DNA of 64,000 bases, from positions 64,001 through 128,000 of the forward strand of contig CAVVUS010000037.1 of assembly GCA_963751345.1 (NCBI GenBank). Direction: 5' to 3'. The notes beneath the pieces were generated by a model, which did no database searches, was not told where the DNA came from, and was given only the letters and a program-made list of their open reading frames with translations. Of the stretch, positions 45,009 through 56,760 are shown piece after piece. The DNA is from an uncultured Chloroflexia bacterium (GTDB lineage Bacteria; Chloroflexota; Anaerolineae; B4-G1; SLSP01). Each line of letters begins with the position of its first letter. Position 1 is the stretch's first letter. The position numbers and the translations under genes were made by a program.

Positions 45009-45611
45009 ATGAACACACCGAATACACAACAGAGCAGAAGCGATAGGATGACCGCCTTTGAGGACCCGCGGTTCATACGAGTGCTTTTCAACGACACCCG
45101 CTGGGCATGGCTATGGCTGATCCTGCGGCTCTATGCAGGATGGGAGTGGCTCAATGCAGGGTGGGAAAAGGTGAACAACCCGGCATGGGTGGGAGCACAG
45201 GCCGGGACCGCCCTGACGGGCTTCCTGAAGAACGCGGAATCACTTGCGACTGGGGCGCATCCGGCTGTGCAGTCATGGTACGCCTGGTTCATCGAACACG
45301 TGGTCATGCCCAACGTCACCGTCTGGAGCTATGTCGTATCGTTCGGCGAACTCCTGGTCGGCGTGGCCTTGATACTGGGGATCTTCACCGGTATCGCCGC
45401 GTTCTTCGGGGGCTTCATGAATGCCAACTACCTTCTGGCGGGCTCGGTGAGCACCAACCCCATCCTCTACACTCTGGCCATCCTGCTGCTGCTTGCGTGG
45501 AAGACCGCCGGCTGGTGGGGCCTGGATCGGTGGGTGCTGCCCGCGCTGGGTACGCCCTGGCATCCCGGAAGCATATTCCACTCTGACGCAGGCGCGCAAC
45601 AGCAAGAGTAA
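45009..45611 (+). CDS. DoxX/DoxD-like membrane protein
   Basis: RLYAGWEWLNAGWEK, GELLVGVALILG, NYLLAGSVSTNP, GLDRW. Confidence 0.85.
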   Translation: MNTPNTQQSRSDRMTAFEDPRFIRVLFNDTRWAWLWLILRLYAGWEWLNAGWEKVNNPAWVGAQAGTALTGFLKNAESLATGAHPAVQSWYAWFIEHVVMPNVTVWSYVVSFGELLVGVALILGIFTGIAAFFGGFMNANYLLAGSVSTNPILYTLAILLLLAWKTAGWWGLDRWVLPALGTPWHPGSIFHSDAGAQQQE

Positions 45612-45679
45612 CGCGATGGAGGGCCAATCCGGCTTGAGAAACTAAGAGATCGCAGAATAGTCACGATAAGGAGACGTCA

Positions 45680-47762
45680 ATGAGCGCAGCAACTTCGCGG
45701 TCGGAGTCTGGACAATCTGTGCATCAACGCCATACGCTTTCTGTCGGTGGATGCCGTACAGCGAGCTGATAGCGGGCATCCCGGTCTGCCTTTGGACGCG
45801 GCACCGATGGCGTATGTGCTGTGGACTTCGTTCCTGAAACACGATCCGGCCGACCCGGACTGGTTCGATCGGGATCGATTCGTCCTTTCTGCCGGACATG
45901 GGTCGATGCTGCTGTACAGCCTCCTCCATCTGACGGGATATGATCTTTCGCTGGACGAGATCAAGCGATTTCGCCAGTGGGGGAGTAAGGCGCCGGGACA
46001 TCCCGAGTCGCTCCTCACCCCGGGGGTGGAGACAACGACAGGACCTTTGGGACAGGGATTCGCCAACGGCGTGGGTATGGCCATGGCGGAGGCGCATCTC
46101 GCGGCCCGCTACAACCGCCCCGGCTTCGATATCGTGGATCACCACACCTATGGCCTCGTAGGCGACGGGGACCTAATGGAAGGCATCTCCTCTGAGGCAG
46201 GGTCGCTGGCCGGTCACCTCAAGCTGGGCAAGCTGATCTACCTCTATGACAGCAACCACATCTCGCTGGCGGCGGCGACACACATTACCTTTACTGAGGA
46301 TGTCGCTCGTCGCTTCGATGCTTTTGGATGGTTCACCCAGCACGTCAAGGACGGAAACGATCTGGAAGCGATTTCTGAGGCTATCCAGGCGGCCAAGGAC
46401 GAGAAGGACCGCCCGTCTCTCATCGTCGTGCGCACCCACATCGGGTACGGCTCGCCGCACAAACAGGATACCTACCAAGCTCACGGTGAGCCCCTTGGCG
46501 AGGAGGAGGTCAAACTCACCAAGGAGAACCTGGGCTGGCCGAGTGACAAGGAGTTCTACGTCCCGGATGAGGTGTCGGCGCATATGCGCCGGGCCGTGGA
46601 CAAAGGGGAGCGGGCCAAGCGAGTGTGGGAAGCCCTCTTTGAGCACTATGCGGAGGCCTACCCCGATCTTGCGGCCGAGTTCCAGGGGTTGCTGCGGGGG
46701 GAACTCCCCAAAGGATGGGATGCCGACATTCCCACGTTCGAGCCGAGTCGCAAGGGGATGCGCACGCGCCGTGCGGGAAGCAAGGTGCTGAATGCGATCG
46801 CGCCCCGGCTTCCGCAGCTTGTCGGCGGCGCAGCCGACCTGGCACCCTCGACCTATACTGCGATGGAGGATCTGGGCGATTTCGAGAGCCCCAACGAAGA
46901 AGAAGGGGACCGTCAGGGATCCTTCGGCGGCGGTTGGACCTACGCCGGTCGCAACTTCCACTTCGGCGTGCGGGAGCACGCGATGGGCGGAATCCTCAAT
47001 GGCCTGGCAGCCCATGGCGGACTGCTGCCGTTTGGAGCGACCTTCCTGATCTTTTCGGACTACATGCGCCCGCCTATACGGCTGGCAGCACTTATGAAGA
47101 AGCACGTCATCTACGTTTTCACCCACGACAGCATCGGCCTGGGTGAGGATGGTCCCACCCACCAACCGGTCGAGCAGCTACCCGGACTGCGAGCGATTCC
47201 CAACCTCACGGTCATCCGACCGGGCGATGCCAACGAGGCAGTGGTCGCTTGGCGGGTGGCGGTTGAGGCTCAGGACCACCCCGTGGCGTTGATCTTCACG
47301 CGTCAGGACATCCCTATCCTCGATCGTTCGCAGCTTGCGCCGGCGGAAGGGCTTCGCCAGGGCGCCTACGTGCTGGCGGACGCACCGGAAGGCAAGCCGG
47401 CTCTGATCCTGATCGCCAGTGGCTCGGAGGTATCGCTCGTGCTCGACGCTCGCGAGCAGCTCCTGGCGCAGGGGATCGCGACACGCGTCGTGTCGATGCC
47501 GAGTTGGGAGCTCTTTGAAGCACAGCCTGAGGCTTATCGGCGGCACGTCCTGCCGCCCTCCGTCCGGGCGCGGCTCTCGGTCGAAGCTGCCTCGCCACAG
47601 GGGTGGAAGGCCTACGTGGGGGACTTGGGTGATACGCTCGGCGTCGAGCGCTTCGGCGCATCGGCACCTGGGGGCATTGTCCTTCAGGCGTATGGGTTCA
47701 GCGTCGACAACGTCGTCGCACGGGCATTGGCCGTGCTGAAGGCCATACCAGAGGAGTGGTGA
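45680..47762 (+). CDS. tkt: Transketolase (frameshift near N-terminus)
   Basis: [50 protein letters not shown]. Confidence 0.97.
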
Positions 47763-47766
47763 AACC

Positions 47767-48225
47767 ATGATGATTATCGGCCTGGCTGCCGACCACGGTG
47801 GCTTCGAACTGAAGCAATGTCTCTATGACGATCTGCGGGCTGCCGGCTACGAAGTGATCGATTTCGGCGCCAACGATCTGCAGCCGGAGGATGACTATCC
47901 CGATTACGTGATCCCCTTGGCCCAGGCGGTGGCTCGGGGTGATCTTAGCCGGGGCATTGCCATCTGTGGTAGCGGCGTCGGCGCCTCGGTCGCGGCAAAC
48001 AAGGTGCGCGGCGTGCGCGCTTGTCTGATCCACGAGATCTATTCCGCCCACCAGGGCGTGGAAGACGATGATATGAATGTAATGTGCCTCGGCGGCCGAG
48101 TTGTTGGCTACGAGGTGGCGTGGGACCTGGTGCAAGCGTTCCTTGCGGCCCGATTCGAGCCACAGCCCCGCTTTCGCCGGCGCCTCGAAAAAGTGGCAGC
48201 ACTTGAGGCCGGCACTACGCCCTGA
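47767..48225 (+). CDS. rpiB: Ribose-5-phosphate isomerase B
   Basis: ADHGGFELK, DDYPD, ICGSGVG, ANKVRGVR. Confidence 0.93.
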   Translation: MMIIGLAADHGGFELKQCLYDDLRAAGYEVIDFGANDLQPEDDYPDYVIPLAQAVARGDLSRGIAICGSGVGASVAANKVRGVRACLIHEIYSAHQGVEDDDMNVMCLGGRVVGYEVAWDLVQAFLAARFEPQPRFRRRLEKVAALEAGTTP

Positions 48226-48300
48226 GGTGGGGGACTGGAACGGTTGCACCGCTGCCGCATGGGATGACTCACAGGTGAACGGAGTATCGGGAGGGTATAA

Positions 48301-51132
48301 ATGGGCGAGAATCCATTAGTTAAGCTTCACGAATACGGCCAGAGCATCTGGCTGGACTTCCTGCGGCGGGATCTGTATACGTCGGATAAGCTACACAAAT
48401 TGATCGAAAAGGACGGGCTACGGGGCATGACCTCCAATCCCGCCATTTTCGACGAAGCCATCGCCGGCAGCCACGACTATGACGATGCGATCCGGGTGTT
48501 GGCGCTGGAGGGCAAGTCTCCGGATGAGACTTACGTCTCCCTGATGGTTGAAGATGTCCGAAGTGCCGCCGATAGTTTTCGGTCGGTCTACGATGCAGCC
48601 GGTGGGCACGACGGCTTGGTGAGCATAGAGGTCTCGCCCCAGCTTGCGTATGATACCGCAGGCACCATCGCCGAGGCGCGCCGCTTCTGGGGTATGGTGA
48701 GCAGGCCCAATATCATGATCAAAGTGCCGGCCACCTTGGAAGGCCTCCCCGCGATTCGTCAATTGCTCTCCGAGGGCATCAACGTCAACATCACACTGCT
48801 CTTCGGGCTGCCTCGCTACCGCAGAGTCGCAGAGGCCTTTGTCGCGGGACTGGAGGATCGCGTCGATGCAGGCCAGCCGATCGACCGGATCGCCTCTGTG
48901 GCCAGCTTCTTCCTCAGCCGGATCGACGTCCTCGTCGACCCCTTGCTTGAAAAGATGATGGCTGGAGGCGGCGCTGAAGCGGGTCTGGCCAGGGATCTGC
49001 ACGGGCAGGTGGCGATCAGCAGCGCGAAGATTGCCTACCAGATCTACAAGGAGGTTTTCGGAAGCGACCGCTTCAGGAAGCTGGCCGACAAGGGAGCACG
49101 TCCTCAGCGGCTGCTCTGGGCCAGCACCAGCACCAAGGACCCGGCCTACAGCGACGTGAAGTACGTCGAACCGCTGATAGGTCCGGATACGGTCAATACG
49201 CTGCCGACACAGACTCTGGATGCCTATCGAGATCACGGAAATCCGGCGTCAAGGATCGAGCAGGGGGTCGAGCAGGCTCGCACGCGACTCGACAACCTGG
49301 GGAAGCTGGGCATCAGCCTCGATGCCGTGACCCACGAGTTGGAGAATGAGGGGGCGGCAAAGTTCATCATTCCCTACAACAAGCTGATGGAGACCCTCTC
49401 GACAGCGCAGCGAACCGCCTTGTCGATGCCCCTGGACACCCAGGCCTTTGAGCTGGGAGATCAGGAGCAGCTTCTGAATCGAGGGCTCAGTGTACTCGGG
49501 ACTAAGGATTACGTGGCCCGCTTCTGGCGCAAGGACCCCAGATTGTGGAAGGACGACCTGACAGACCAGGCCGTGATCGTCGATGCCTTGGGCTGGCTGC
49601 AGGTAGCCAATCGGATGACAGAGCGAGTCCCGGAACTCACCGCGTTCGCCGCCGAAGTAGCGGAGGCCGGTTTCCAACACGTCGTGCACATGGGGATGGG
49701 CGGCAGCAGCTTGACGCCGCTGGTCTTCGAGCGCTCGCTGGCTCCCACGGGCAAGGGATTGCCCCTTACCGTCCTGGACAGCACCGATCCGGGCACAATC
49801 CTTCGCATTGCCCGCAGCGTACCGCTCGAAAAGACGCTCTTCATCGTCGCGAGCAAATCCGGCACCACCGCCGAACCCCTCGCATTCGGTGATTACTTCT
49901 ATGCCCGACTGCAAGAACTCAAGGGGGAGAAAGCCGGAGAGAACTTCGTGAGCATCACCGACGAGGGCACACCCCTGGTGGAGCTCTCACAGGAGCGAGG
50001 CTACCGGAGGGTCTTCACCAATTTCAGCGACATCGGGGGGCGCTACTCGGCCCTCTCGTATTTTGGGATGCTTCCGGCAGCACTGATGGGCTTCGATGTT
50101 GGAGATATCCTGGCGCGCGCCCTGCGGATGGCCCACGCCTGCGCGCCCGCAGTACCGGCGACACAGAATCCGGGGGTTCGTCTTGGCGCCCTAATGGGAG
50201 AGTTGGCCCGCAGTGGGCGCAACAAGGTTACCTTCCTCGCCCCGCCCGAGGCCGCGCCCCTGGGCATGTGGTTGGAGCAGTTGCTTGCCGAAAGCACCGG
50301 CAAAGAAAGCGCAGGGTTGCTGCCTGTTGCCGGCGAGGATGTCGGTGATCCCTTCGTCTATGGCAACGACCGGCTCTTTGTGCATATCCGGGTGAGGGGC
50401 AAGAGGGCCGCTTCGACTGCAGCGCTGAGCGCTCTGCGCCAGGCCGGACACCCGTTGGTCACCATCGATGTGGAGGAAATCCTCAACCTCGCCCAGGAGT
50501 TCTTCCGCTGGGAGATCGCGACGGCGGCTGCAGGCGCACTTCTCGGCATCAATGCCTTCAACCAGCCGAATGTTCAGGAGAGCAAGGACAACACGAACCG
50601 GCTTCTCGGCGTAGTCAAGGAGAAGGGATCGCTTCCCGAGGAGCACCCCGCCCTTTCCGAAGGGCCGCTCAGCCTGTACACAGAGCATCCAGGCACCAGC
50701 GTAGCCGAGACACTCGCCAAGTTCCTGGGGCAGGCGCAGCCAGGCGACTACGTGGCGCTGATGGCCTACGTCACCGAGGGCGCCGATGTCGATGAGGCGC
50801 TGCAGCGGCTGCGGCTCACCCTTCGGGACCGGCTCAAGGTGGCCACGACGGTGGGGTATGGCCCGCGCTTCCTGCACTCAACAGGCCAGTTCCACAAGGG
50901 CGGACCAAATACGGGTCTCTTCTTACAGTTGACGGCGGACGATGCCGAGGATCTGGACGTGCCCGGCCGGCCGTACAGCTTTGGCGTTCTCAAACAGGCA
51001 CAAGCCCAAGGCGATCTGGATGCGCTGCGCAGCCACGGCCGCCGGGTGATTCGCATCCATCTTGGTGAGGATATCGTCGCAGGCCTTGAGGCTCTGCGGA
51101 CAGCGATTAGTCAAGGACTAGATGAAGGATGA
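48301..51132 (+). CDS. Bifunctional transaldolase/glucose-6-phosphate isomerase
   Basis: GQSIWLD, MTSNPAIF, IKVPAT, LLWASTSTK; then GMGGSSL, ASKSGTT, IGGRYS, AESTGK, NQPNVQESK. Confidence 0.95.
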   Translation: MGENPLVKLHEYGQSIWLDFLRRDLYTSDKLHKLIEKDGLRGMTSNPAIFDEAIAGSHDYDDAIRVLALEGKSPDETYVSLMVEDVRSAADSFRSVYDAAGGHDGLVSIEVSPQLAYDTAGTIAEARRFWGMVSRPNIMIKVPATLEGLPAIRQLLSEGINVNITLLFGLPRYRRVAEAFVAGLEDRVDAGQPIDRIASVASFFLSRIDVLVDPLLEKMMAGGGAEAGLARDLHGQVAISSAKIAYQIYKEVFGSDRFRKLADKGARPQRLLWASTSTKDPAYSDVKYVEPLIGPDTVNTLPTQTLDAYRDHGNPASRIEQGVEQARTRLDNLGKLGISLDAVTHELENEGAAKFIIPYNKLMETLSTAQRTALSMPLDTQAFELGDQEQLLNRGLSVLGTKDYVARFWRKDPRLWKDDLTDQAVIVDALGWLQVANRMTERVPELTAFAAEVAEAGFQHVVHMGMGGSSLTPLVFERSLAPTGKGLPLTVLDSTDPGTILRIARSVPLEKTLFIVASKSGTTAEPLAFGDYFYARLQELKGEKAGENFVSITDEGTPLVELSQERGYRRVFTNFSDIGGRYSALSYFGMLPAALMGFDVGDILARALRMAHACAPAVPATQNPGVRLGALMGELARSGRNKVTFLAPPEAAPLGMWLEQLLAESTGKESAGLLPVAGEDVGDPFVYGNDRLFVHIRVRGKRAASTAALSALRQAGHPLVTIDVEEILNLAQEFFRWEIATAAAGALLGINAFNQPNVQESKDNTNRLLGVVKEKGSLPEEHPALSEGPLSLYTEHPGTSVAETLAKFLGQAQPGDYVALMAYVTEGADVDEALQRLRLTLRDRLKVATTVGYGPRFLHSTGQFHKGGPNTGLFLQLTADDAEDLDVPGRPYSFGVLKQAQAQGDLDALRSHGRRVIRIHLGEDIVAGLEALRTAISQGLDEG

Positions 51133-52607
51133 CACAGAAGGAAATGCTCAAACATACACGACGACCTATCTTGATCGGGCTGCTCATCGTGGCAGGACTA
51201 CTGATCGCGGGGTGCACGGCGACGCCGTCGCCCACACCTACGACCACACCGGCGCCTGCGGCGACCGAGACACCCGTACCTGAACCTACGTCCACCCCCT
51301 CGCCGGTCGCCACCGCCGAGCCGTCTGCTACGCCGGAGCCGGAAGATAGCTTCGCCATAGAGGCGGTCAAAGCGGACCTGGCCCAGAAATATGGGATCTC
51401 GACATCGACGATCTCCGTCGTGCAGACGGAACCAATCCAATGGCCCAACAGTTGTCTCGGCGTTGAACTGCCCGGAACAGCCTGCGCAATGCACGTTGTC
51501 GATGGATACCGGGTCGTGGTCAAGACCGGGGGAATCCAATACGAGTACCACACGAACGCCGACGGCAGTGAGGTCCTGGCAGCGCTGGCACTCACCTGGC
51601 ACCGCGAAGGCGGCATCGCCGGCTTCTGCAACGACCTCGTGGTTGACGTGACGGGTGAGGCCATAGCCTTCTCTTGCCAGGCGGGTCCATCTGCCGAAGT
51701 GACCCGTGAGTTGCTCTCGCTGGAGAACCGTCACCAACTGGATGCCTGGCGCATCAGTCTGCAGCCGTTTGAGTACAGCCAGACCGACTCAGCGACGGCG
51801 GATGCTATGTCTGTGCAGCTCACCTTCACCGGGTATGGGACAAAGGCAGCAACGGATACCCAGCAGGCCGACATCGCCGCCTTTGCCGGCGCAACCTACG
51901 TCAACATCGGTGGGCTACAGGGAACGGGGTCGGCAGCGGATGCCGCCGGCGCAGTCGTGGACGCATTCCTGACCGAGCTGATGGCGGATCCTGCAGGCGC
52001 GACCACGGCCCCCTACTTCAGCACGCCGCTGCAGGCCGAAATCGACGCGGGGACTCCGGTGTCCGAGCTCCTTGGCATCCCGGGGGACTTCCTCTCCTAT
52101 GGTATCGACACTAGTGAGGTGGAGAGCATTGCCAGCCGGGCCTTTGTGCAAGTAACGCTCAACTTCGTCAGCCCGATCCGGCGCGCATTCGAACTGGTTC
52201 AGGAGAACGACATCTGGAAGATCAACACCATCATCGTCTACGGTGTCCCGGATCAGGCACTGCCTACCGACATCGAGGCCGCCGATCTGGAGGTGCTGGA
52301 CCTCGTATGGGCATTGAAGACCGGCGATCTACCCTCGGTAGAGGCATTGTTGACGCCCAATGCGACAACCGAGCTGGGCGACCTGACCCAACTCATGCAA
52401 GGGGTGGACAACATCACGGCACTGACACTTCGGCTCACAGGCGTCTCAGGAGGTCAAGCGGTCTACTTGGCTACCCTGCAGGTCGATACGGCCTCAGGCG
52501 CTCCATCCTGGCAGCAGGGCACCAATCAGCGATGGATCGGCCTGACCCAGCCAAATGGGGTATGGGAAATCAACCAGATGACGTCATCGGAGCTCACGCT
52601 GCCCTAA
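51129..52607 (+). CDS. Hypothetical multidomain lipoprotein
   Basis: Lipobox IAGC, Pro/Thr linker, WPNSCLG...YEYHT; ATGA overlap with upstream gene. Confidence 0.7.
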   Translation: MTQKEMLKHTRRPILIGLLIVAGLLIAGCTATPSPTPTTTPAPAATETPVPEPTSTPSPVATAEPSATPEPEDSFAIEAVKADLAQKYGISTSTISVVQTEPIQWPNSCLGVELPGTACAMHVVDGYRVVVKTGGIQYEYHTNADGSEVLAALALTWHREGGIAGFCNDLVVDVTGEAIAFSCQAGPSAEVTRELLSLENRHQLDAWRISLQPFEYSQTDSATADAMSVQLTFTGYGTKAATDTQQADIAAFAGATYVNIGGLQGTGSAADAAGAVVDAFLTELMADPAGATTAPYFSTPLQAEIDAGTPVSELLGIPGDFLSYGIDTSEVESIASRAFVQVTLNFVSPIRRAFELVQENDIWKINTIIVYGVPDQALPTDIEAADLEVLDLVWALKTGDLPSVEALLTPNATTELGDLTQLMQGVDNITALTLRLTGVSGGQAVYLATLQVDTASGAPSWQQGTNQRWIGLTQPNGVWEINQMTSSELTLP

Positions 52608-52630
52608 GCGATCTGGGCGAGCTACGCGAT

Positions 52631-53423
52631 ATGGCGGGAAAGGACAGGGCGGAGCACTTCGTATGGCCTCCGTATGTCGCCGAGTTCATCGGAACCGCGC
52701 TGCTGGTTCTCGTCGGCCTGTCAGTCGTGATCCTGAACTTCGGAAACGGCAGTCCGGTCGCCCGGCTGATCCCTAGTGCGGGGGCACGCCGGGCGATCAC
52801 AGGCTTTCTCTTTGGCTCGACGGGCGGCCTCATCGCGATCTCGCCGATCGGCAAGGAGAGTGGTGCGCATATCAACCCGGTCGTCACACTCGCGTTCTGG
52901 CTGATGGGCAAGTTCCGGGGCCGGCACGCTGCCAGCTACGTCGTGGCGCAGTTGGCGGGTGGTATCGTAGGGGCACTTCCGCTGCTGGCCTGGGGAGCGA
53001 TGGGGCGCAGTATCGAGTTTGGCGCGACGCTGCCGGGGCCGAGCGTGGGCCCCGGCATTGCGGTGCTTGGGGAGATCGCCACGACCCTGGCGTTGATCGT
53101 CGGGCTCTTTCTCTTTGTCCGACATCGCCGCCTCCGGGCTTTCACACCGGCGCTCTTCCCGTTTCTGTACGCCGCTATGGTCTTCCTGGAGGCGCCGCTT
53201 TCCGGGAACGAGCACCAATCCGGCGCGCAGCCTTGGCCCCGAAGTGGTATCGGGTGTGTGGCACGACTGGTGGATCTACTGGCTCGGCCCCCTGACCGGT
53301 ATGCTGATCGGGGTCGCGCTCTTTCGATTCACCTGGTTGCGACGGGTCGAGATCGACGTGGTCAAGCTCTTCCATTTCGATTACGACCCACACCGCATAT
53401 TCCGCCAGGATGGAGGGAACTGA
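52631..53423 (+). CDS. Aquaporin/MIP channel (frameshift near 53200)
   Basis: AEFIGT, SGAHINPVVT, STNPARSLGP, WIYWLGP. Confidence 0.88.
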
Positions 53424-53473
53424 CGCGCCCCACATAGCACTTACCTATTCGATGATGAGTGAGGAGACACAGG

Positions 53474-54290
53474 ATGGAAGGACTCAAGGACAAGAGAGTG
53501 TTGGTTACCGGAGCCACCTCGGGCATCGGGCAGGCGATTGCGGTTCGCTTTGCCGCCGAGGGCGCCCACGTGGGGATCAACTACTACTCGGACGAGGGAT
53601 TAGTGGAGACGGACTACCGCGTGGAGGAGGCGGTTGAGGAGTGCCGCAAGCGCGTGGCCGAGATGGGCGTGGACTACGTCCTGGTGCAGGCCGATATCTC
53701 CAAGGAGGATGACGTGAAGCATCTGTTTGCAGAGGTCATCCGAGAACTCGGCGGCGTAGATATCCTCATCAACAACGCCGGGATACAGATCCCGGGGGAT
53801 TCGGACAAGGTCGATCTGAGCGACTTCGACCGGGTGGTCGGCGTCAACCTTAGAGGTGCGTACCTTTGCGCGCGCGAGGCGCTGCAGCACTTCCTGGCAG
53901 AGGACAAGCCGGGGATCATCATCAATGTCTCCAGCGTCCACCAGATCATCCCCAGGCCGCACTATATCAGTTACTCGATCAGCAAGGGCGGCATGCAAAA
54001 CATGACGCGCACGCTGGCGCTGGAATATGCGGATCGCGGCATCCGGGTCAACGGGATCGGCCCGGGGGCCACCGCAACGCCCATTAACCGGGACTGGGTG
54101 AATGATCCCGAGAAACGGGCCGAGGTCGTGCAGCATATCCCTGTTGGGCGTGTGGGGACGCCTGAGGAGATGGCTGCCATCACGGCGTTCCTCGCGTCCG
54201 ACGACGCGTCCTACATCACAGGGCAGACGCTCTTCGTCGACGGCGGGACTGACGTTATTTGCTGACTTCCGCACGCCGTGGTCAGGCTAA
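53474..54290 (+). CDS. Glucose 1-dehydrogenase-like SDR (3' frameshift)
   Basis: TGATSGIG, NNAG, SSVHQIIP, YSISK, TPIN, YITGQTLFVDGG. Confidence 0.87.
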
Positions 54291-54314
54291 GCCGTTCGAA
54301 GATTAGGAGTTCAT

Positions 54315-56760
54315 ATGGGCACAGATGACAACTACGCGCCTGGTTGGCCGGGTATCGAGCCGCGCTGGACGTCCAGCGCGAAGAGCGGCGTCGGCACTTC
54401 GCTCAGTCTGGAGAGCCGGGTGTGGTTCACCACGAGTCACGGCATCCTGGATGAGATCTACTATCCTCGGGTGGACCAGGCCTGCACGCGAGATTTGGGC
54501 TTGATCGTGACTAACGGATCCGATTTCTTCTCGGAGGAGAAACGGGATACCCGTCACGAAGTCTCGTACATTGCCCCGGGTTGCCCCGCCTATAAGCTCG
54601 TCAACACGTGCGAACAGGGGCGGTACGCCATCGAAAAAGAGATCCTGGCTGATCCAACTTACGATGTGGTCCTACAACGGATCAAGTTCACGCCGTTGAA
54701 GGGATCACAGGAAGACTACCACCTATACGTCCTGCTGGCCCCTCACCTTGGTAATCGAGGGGCAGGCAACACTGCGTGGCTCGGGGACTACAAAGGTGTG
54801 CCCATGCTGTTCGCCGAACGTGACGGCAACGCCCTGGCCCTCGCGTGCTCTGCCCCGTGGGTCAAGCGATCGGCCGGTTTCGTCGGCACCTCAGATGGGT
54901 GGCAAGATCTGCATCGCCATAAGCAAGATGACGTGGACCTATGACAGGGCGGAGAACGGCAATGTCGCCCTGATCGGCGAGATCGATCTGCACGGGGCCG
55001 GGGATACGTTCATCCTAGCGCTGGGTTTTGGCCTCAATGACGCAGAAGCAGGCTATCGAGCCCTGGCCAGCCTGTACAAGGGCTTTGATTCGGCACGCGC
55101 GGCCTACATCGACGAGTGGCAGCAGTGGCAGCAGGGCCTGATGGACCTGGACAAGTCCGATGCAGGGAAGATGAGCCTCTATCGAGTCAGCACCGCAGTG
55201 ATGCGCACCCACGGGGCAAAGCGTTTCCGCGGCGGACTGATGGCCAGCCTGTCCATCCCGTGGGGTTTTTCCAAGGGGGACGACGACCTGGGCGGCTATC
55301 ATCTGGTGTGGCCGCGCGACCTGGTGGAGATCGGTGGGGGGCTGCTGGCTGCCGGCGCCCTCGACGAAGCCGGAAGCATCCTCGAGTATCTGCGGGTGAC
55401 GCAGGAACTCGACGGGCACTGGCCGCAGAACATGTGGATTAACGGCACGCCATATTGGACCGGCGTGCAGATGGATGAGACGGCCTTCCCCATCCTGTTA
55501 GTGGACCAGGCCCGCCGTGAAAAGGCTCTCCATAGGGATCTGGACCACTACTGGCCGATGGTCCGCCGGGCTGCAGGCTATCTGGTCTGCAACGGTCCCG
55601 TCACCCAGCAAGACCGCTGGGAAGAGGACCCCGGCTACTCCCCCTTCACGCTGGCGGTTGAGATCGCCGCGCTATTGGCGGCCGCCGATTTGGCGGAGCT
55701 CCAAGGCGATGAGACAGCAGCAGCCTATCTGCGTGAGACGGCAGATAGCTGGAATGACAGTGTTGAGAAATGGACCTACGCCACGGGAACCGACCTGGCA
55801 CAGGAGGCGGACGTGGAGGGATATTACGTCCGAATCGCGCCGCCGGAGGAAGCAGCGGCAGGCTCACCTGCCGAAGGATTCGTGCCGATCAAGAACCGGC
55901 CGCCCGGCCAGAGCGCCGAGGCCGCTACCCAGATCGTCAGCCCCGATGCGCTGGCCCTGGTCCGATTCGGGCTGAGAGGTCCAGATACGGCCGAGATCGC
56001 CAACACCGTCAAGGTAATCGATCAATTACTTAAGGTGGAGACCCCGACAGGTCCGGCATGGCACCGCTACAACGATGATGGTTACGGCGAGCACGAGGAT
56101 GGCGCGCCCTTTGACGGCACAGGGACAGGTCGCGCCTGGCCGCTGCTGACCGGTGAGCGGGCCCACTACGAACTGGCTGCCGGACGGAAGGATGAAGCCG
56201 AGCGCCTCCTGAATGTGTTGGCGTCGTTCGCAAGCAATGGTGGGATGCTGCCCGAACAGGTGTGGGACGCGCCCGACATTCCCGAGCGGGGTCTCTTCTT
56301 CGGGAGACCTTCCGGGTCGGCTATGCCGCTGGCGTGGGCGCACGCCGAGTACGTCAAGCTCTGTCACTCACTCAAGGATGGCCAGGTCTTCGATATGCCG
56401 CCACAGACCGTCCAGCGCTACCAGATCGACGAGACGCACTCCCCGCGCTCAATCTGGCGCTTCAACAACAAGAGCCGCGTCATTACTGCAGGGCTGATGC
56501 TCCGAGTGGAGGTTCTGAGCCCCGCGGAGGTGCAGTGGAGCTCGGATGGCTGGAAAACGGTCCAGAAGGTCGCGACGCAGGATACCGGGCTGGGCATCTA
56601 CTTCGCCGATCTGCCTGCGGACAAGCTAGCTGCCGGCGATACGATCGCCTTTCGCTTCCTATGGCATGACGAACAGAACGAGCAGAGCTCGACGTTCACC
56701 GTGCAGGTCGTGGACTCGACCAAGGGATCCGAATCCAAGTTGCTTGCTGCCGATCAGTAG
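54315..56760 (+). CDS. Glucoamylase/glucodextranase, GH15 (frameshift near 54925)
   Basis: APGWPG..PRWTSSAK, ASLSIPWG, YHLVWPRD, QDRWEE, RYNDDGYGE, LPEQVW, SAMPLAWAHAEY. Confidence 0.92.
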
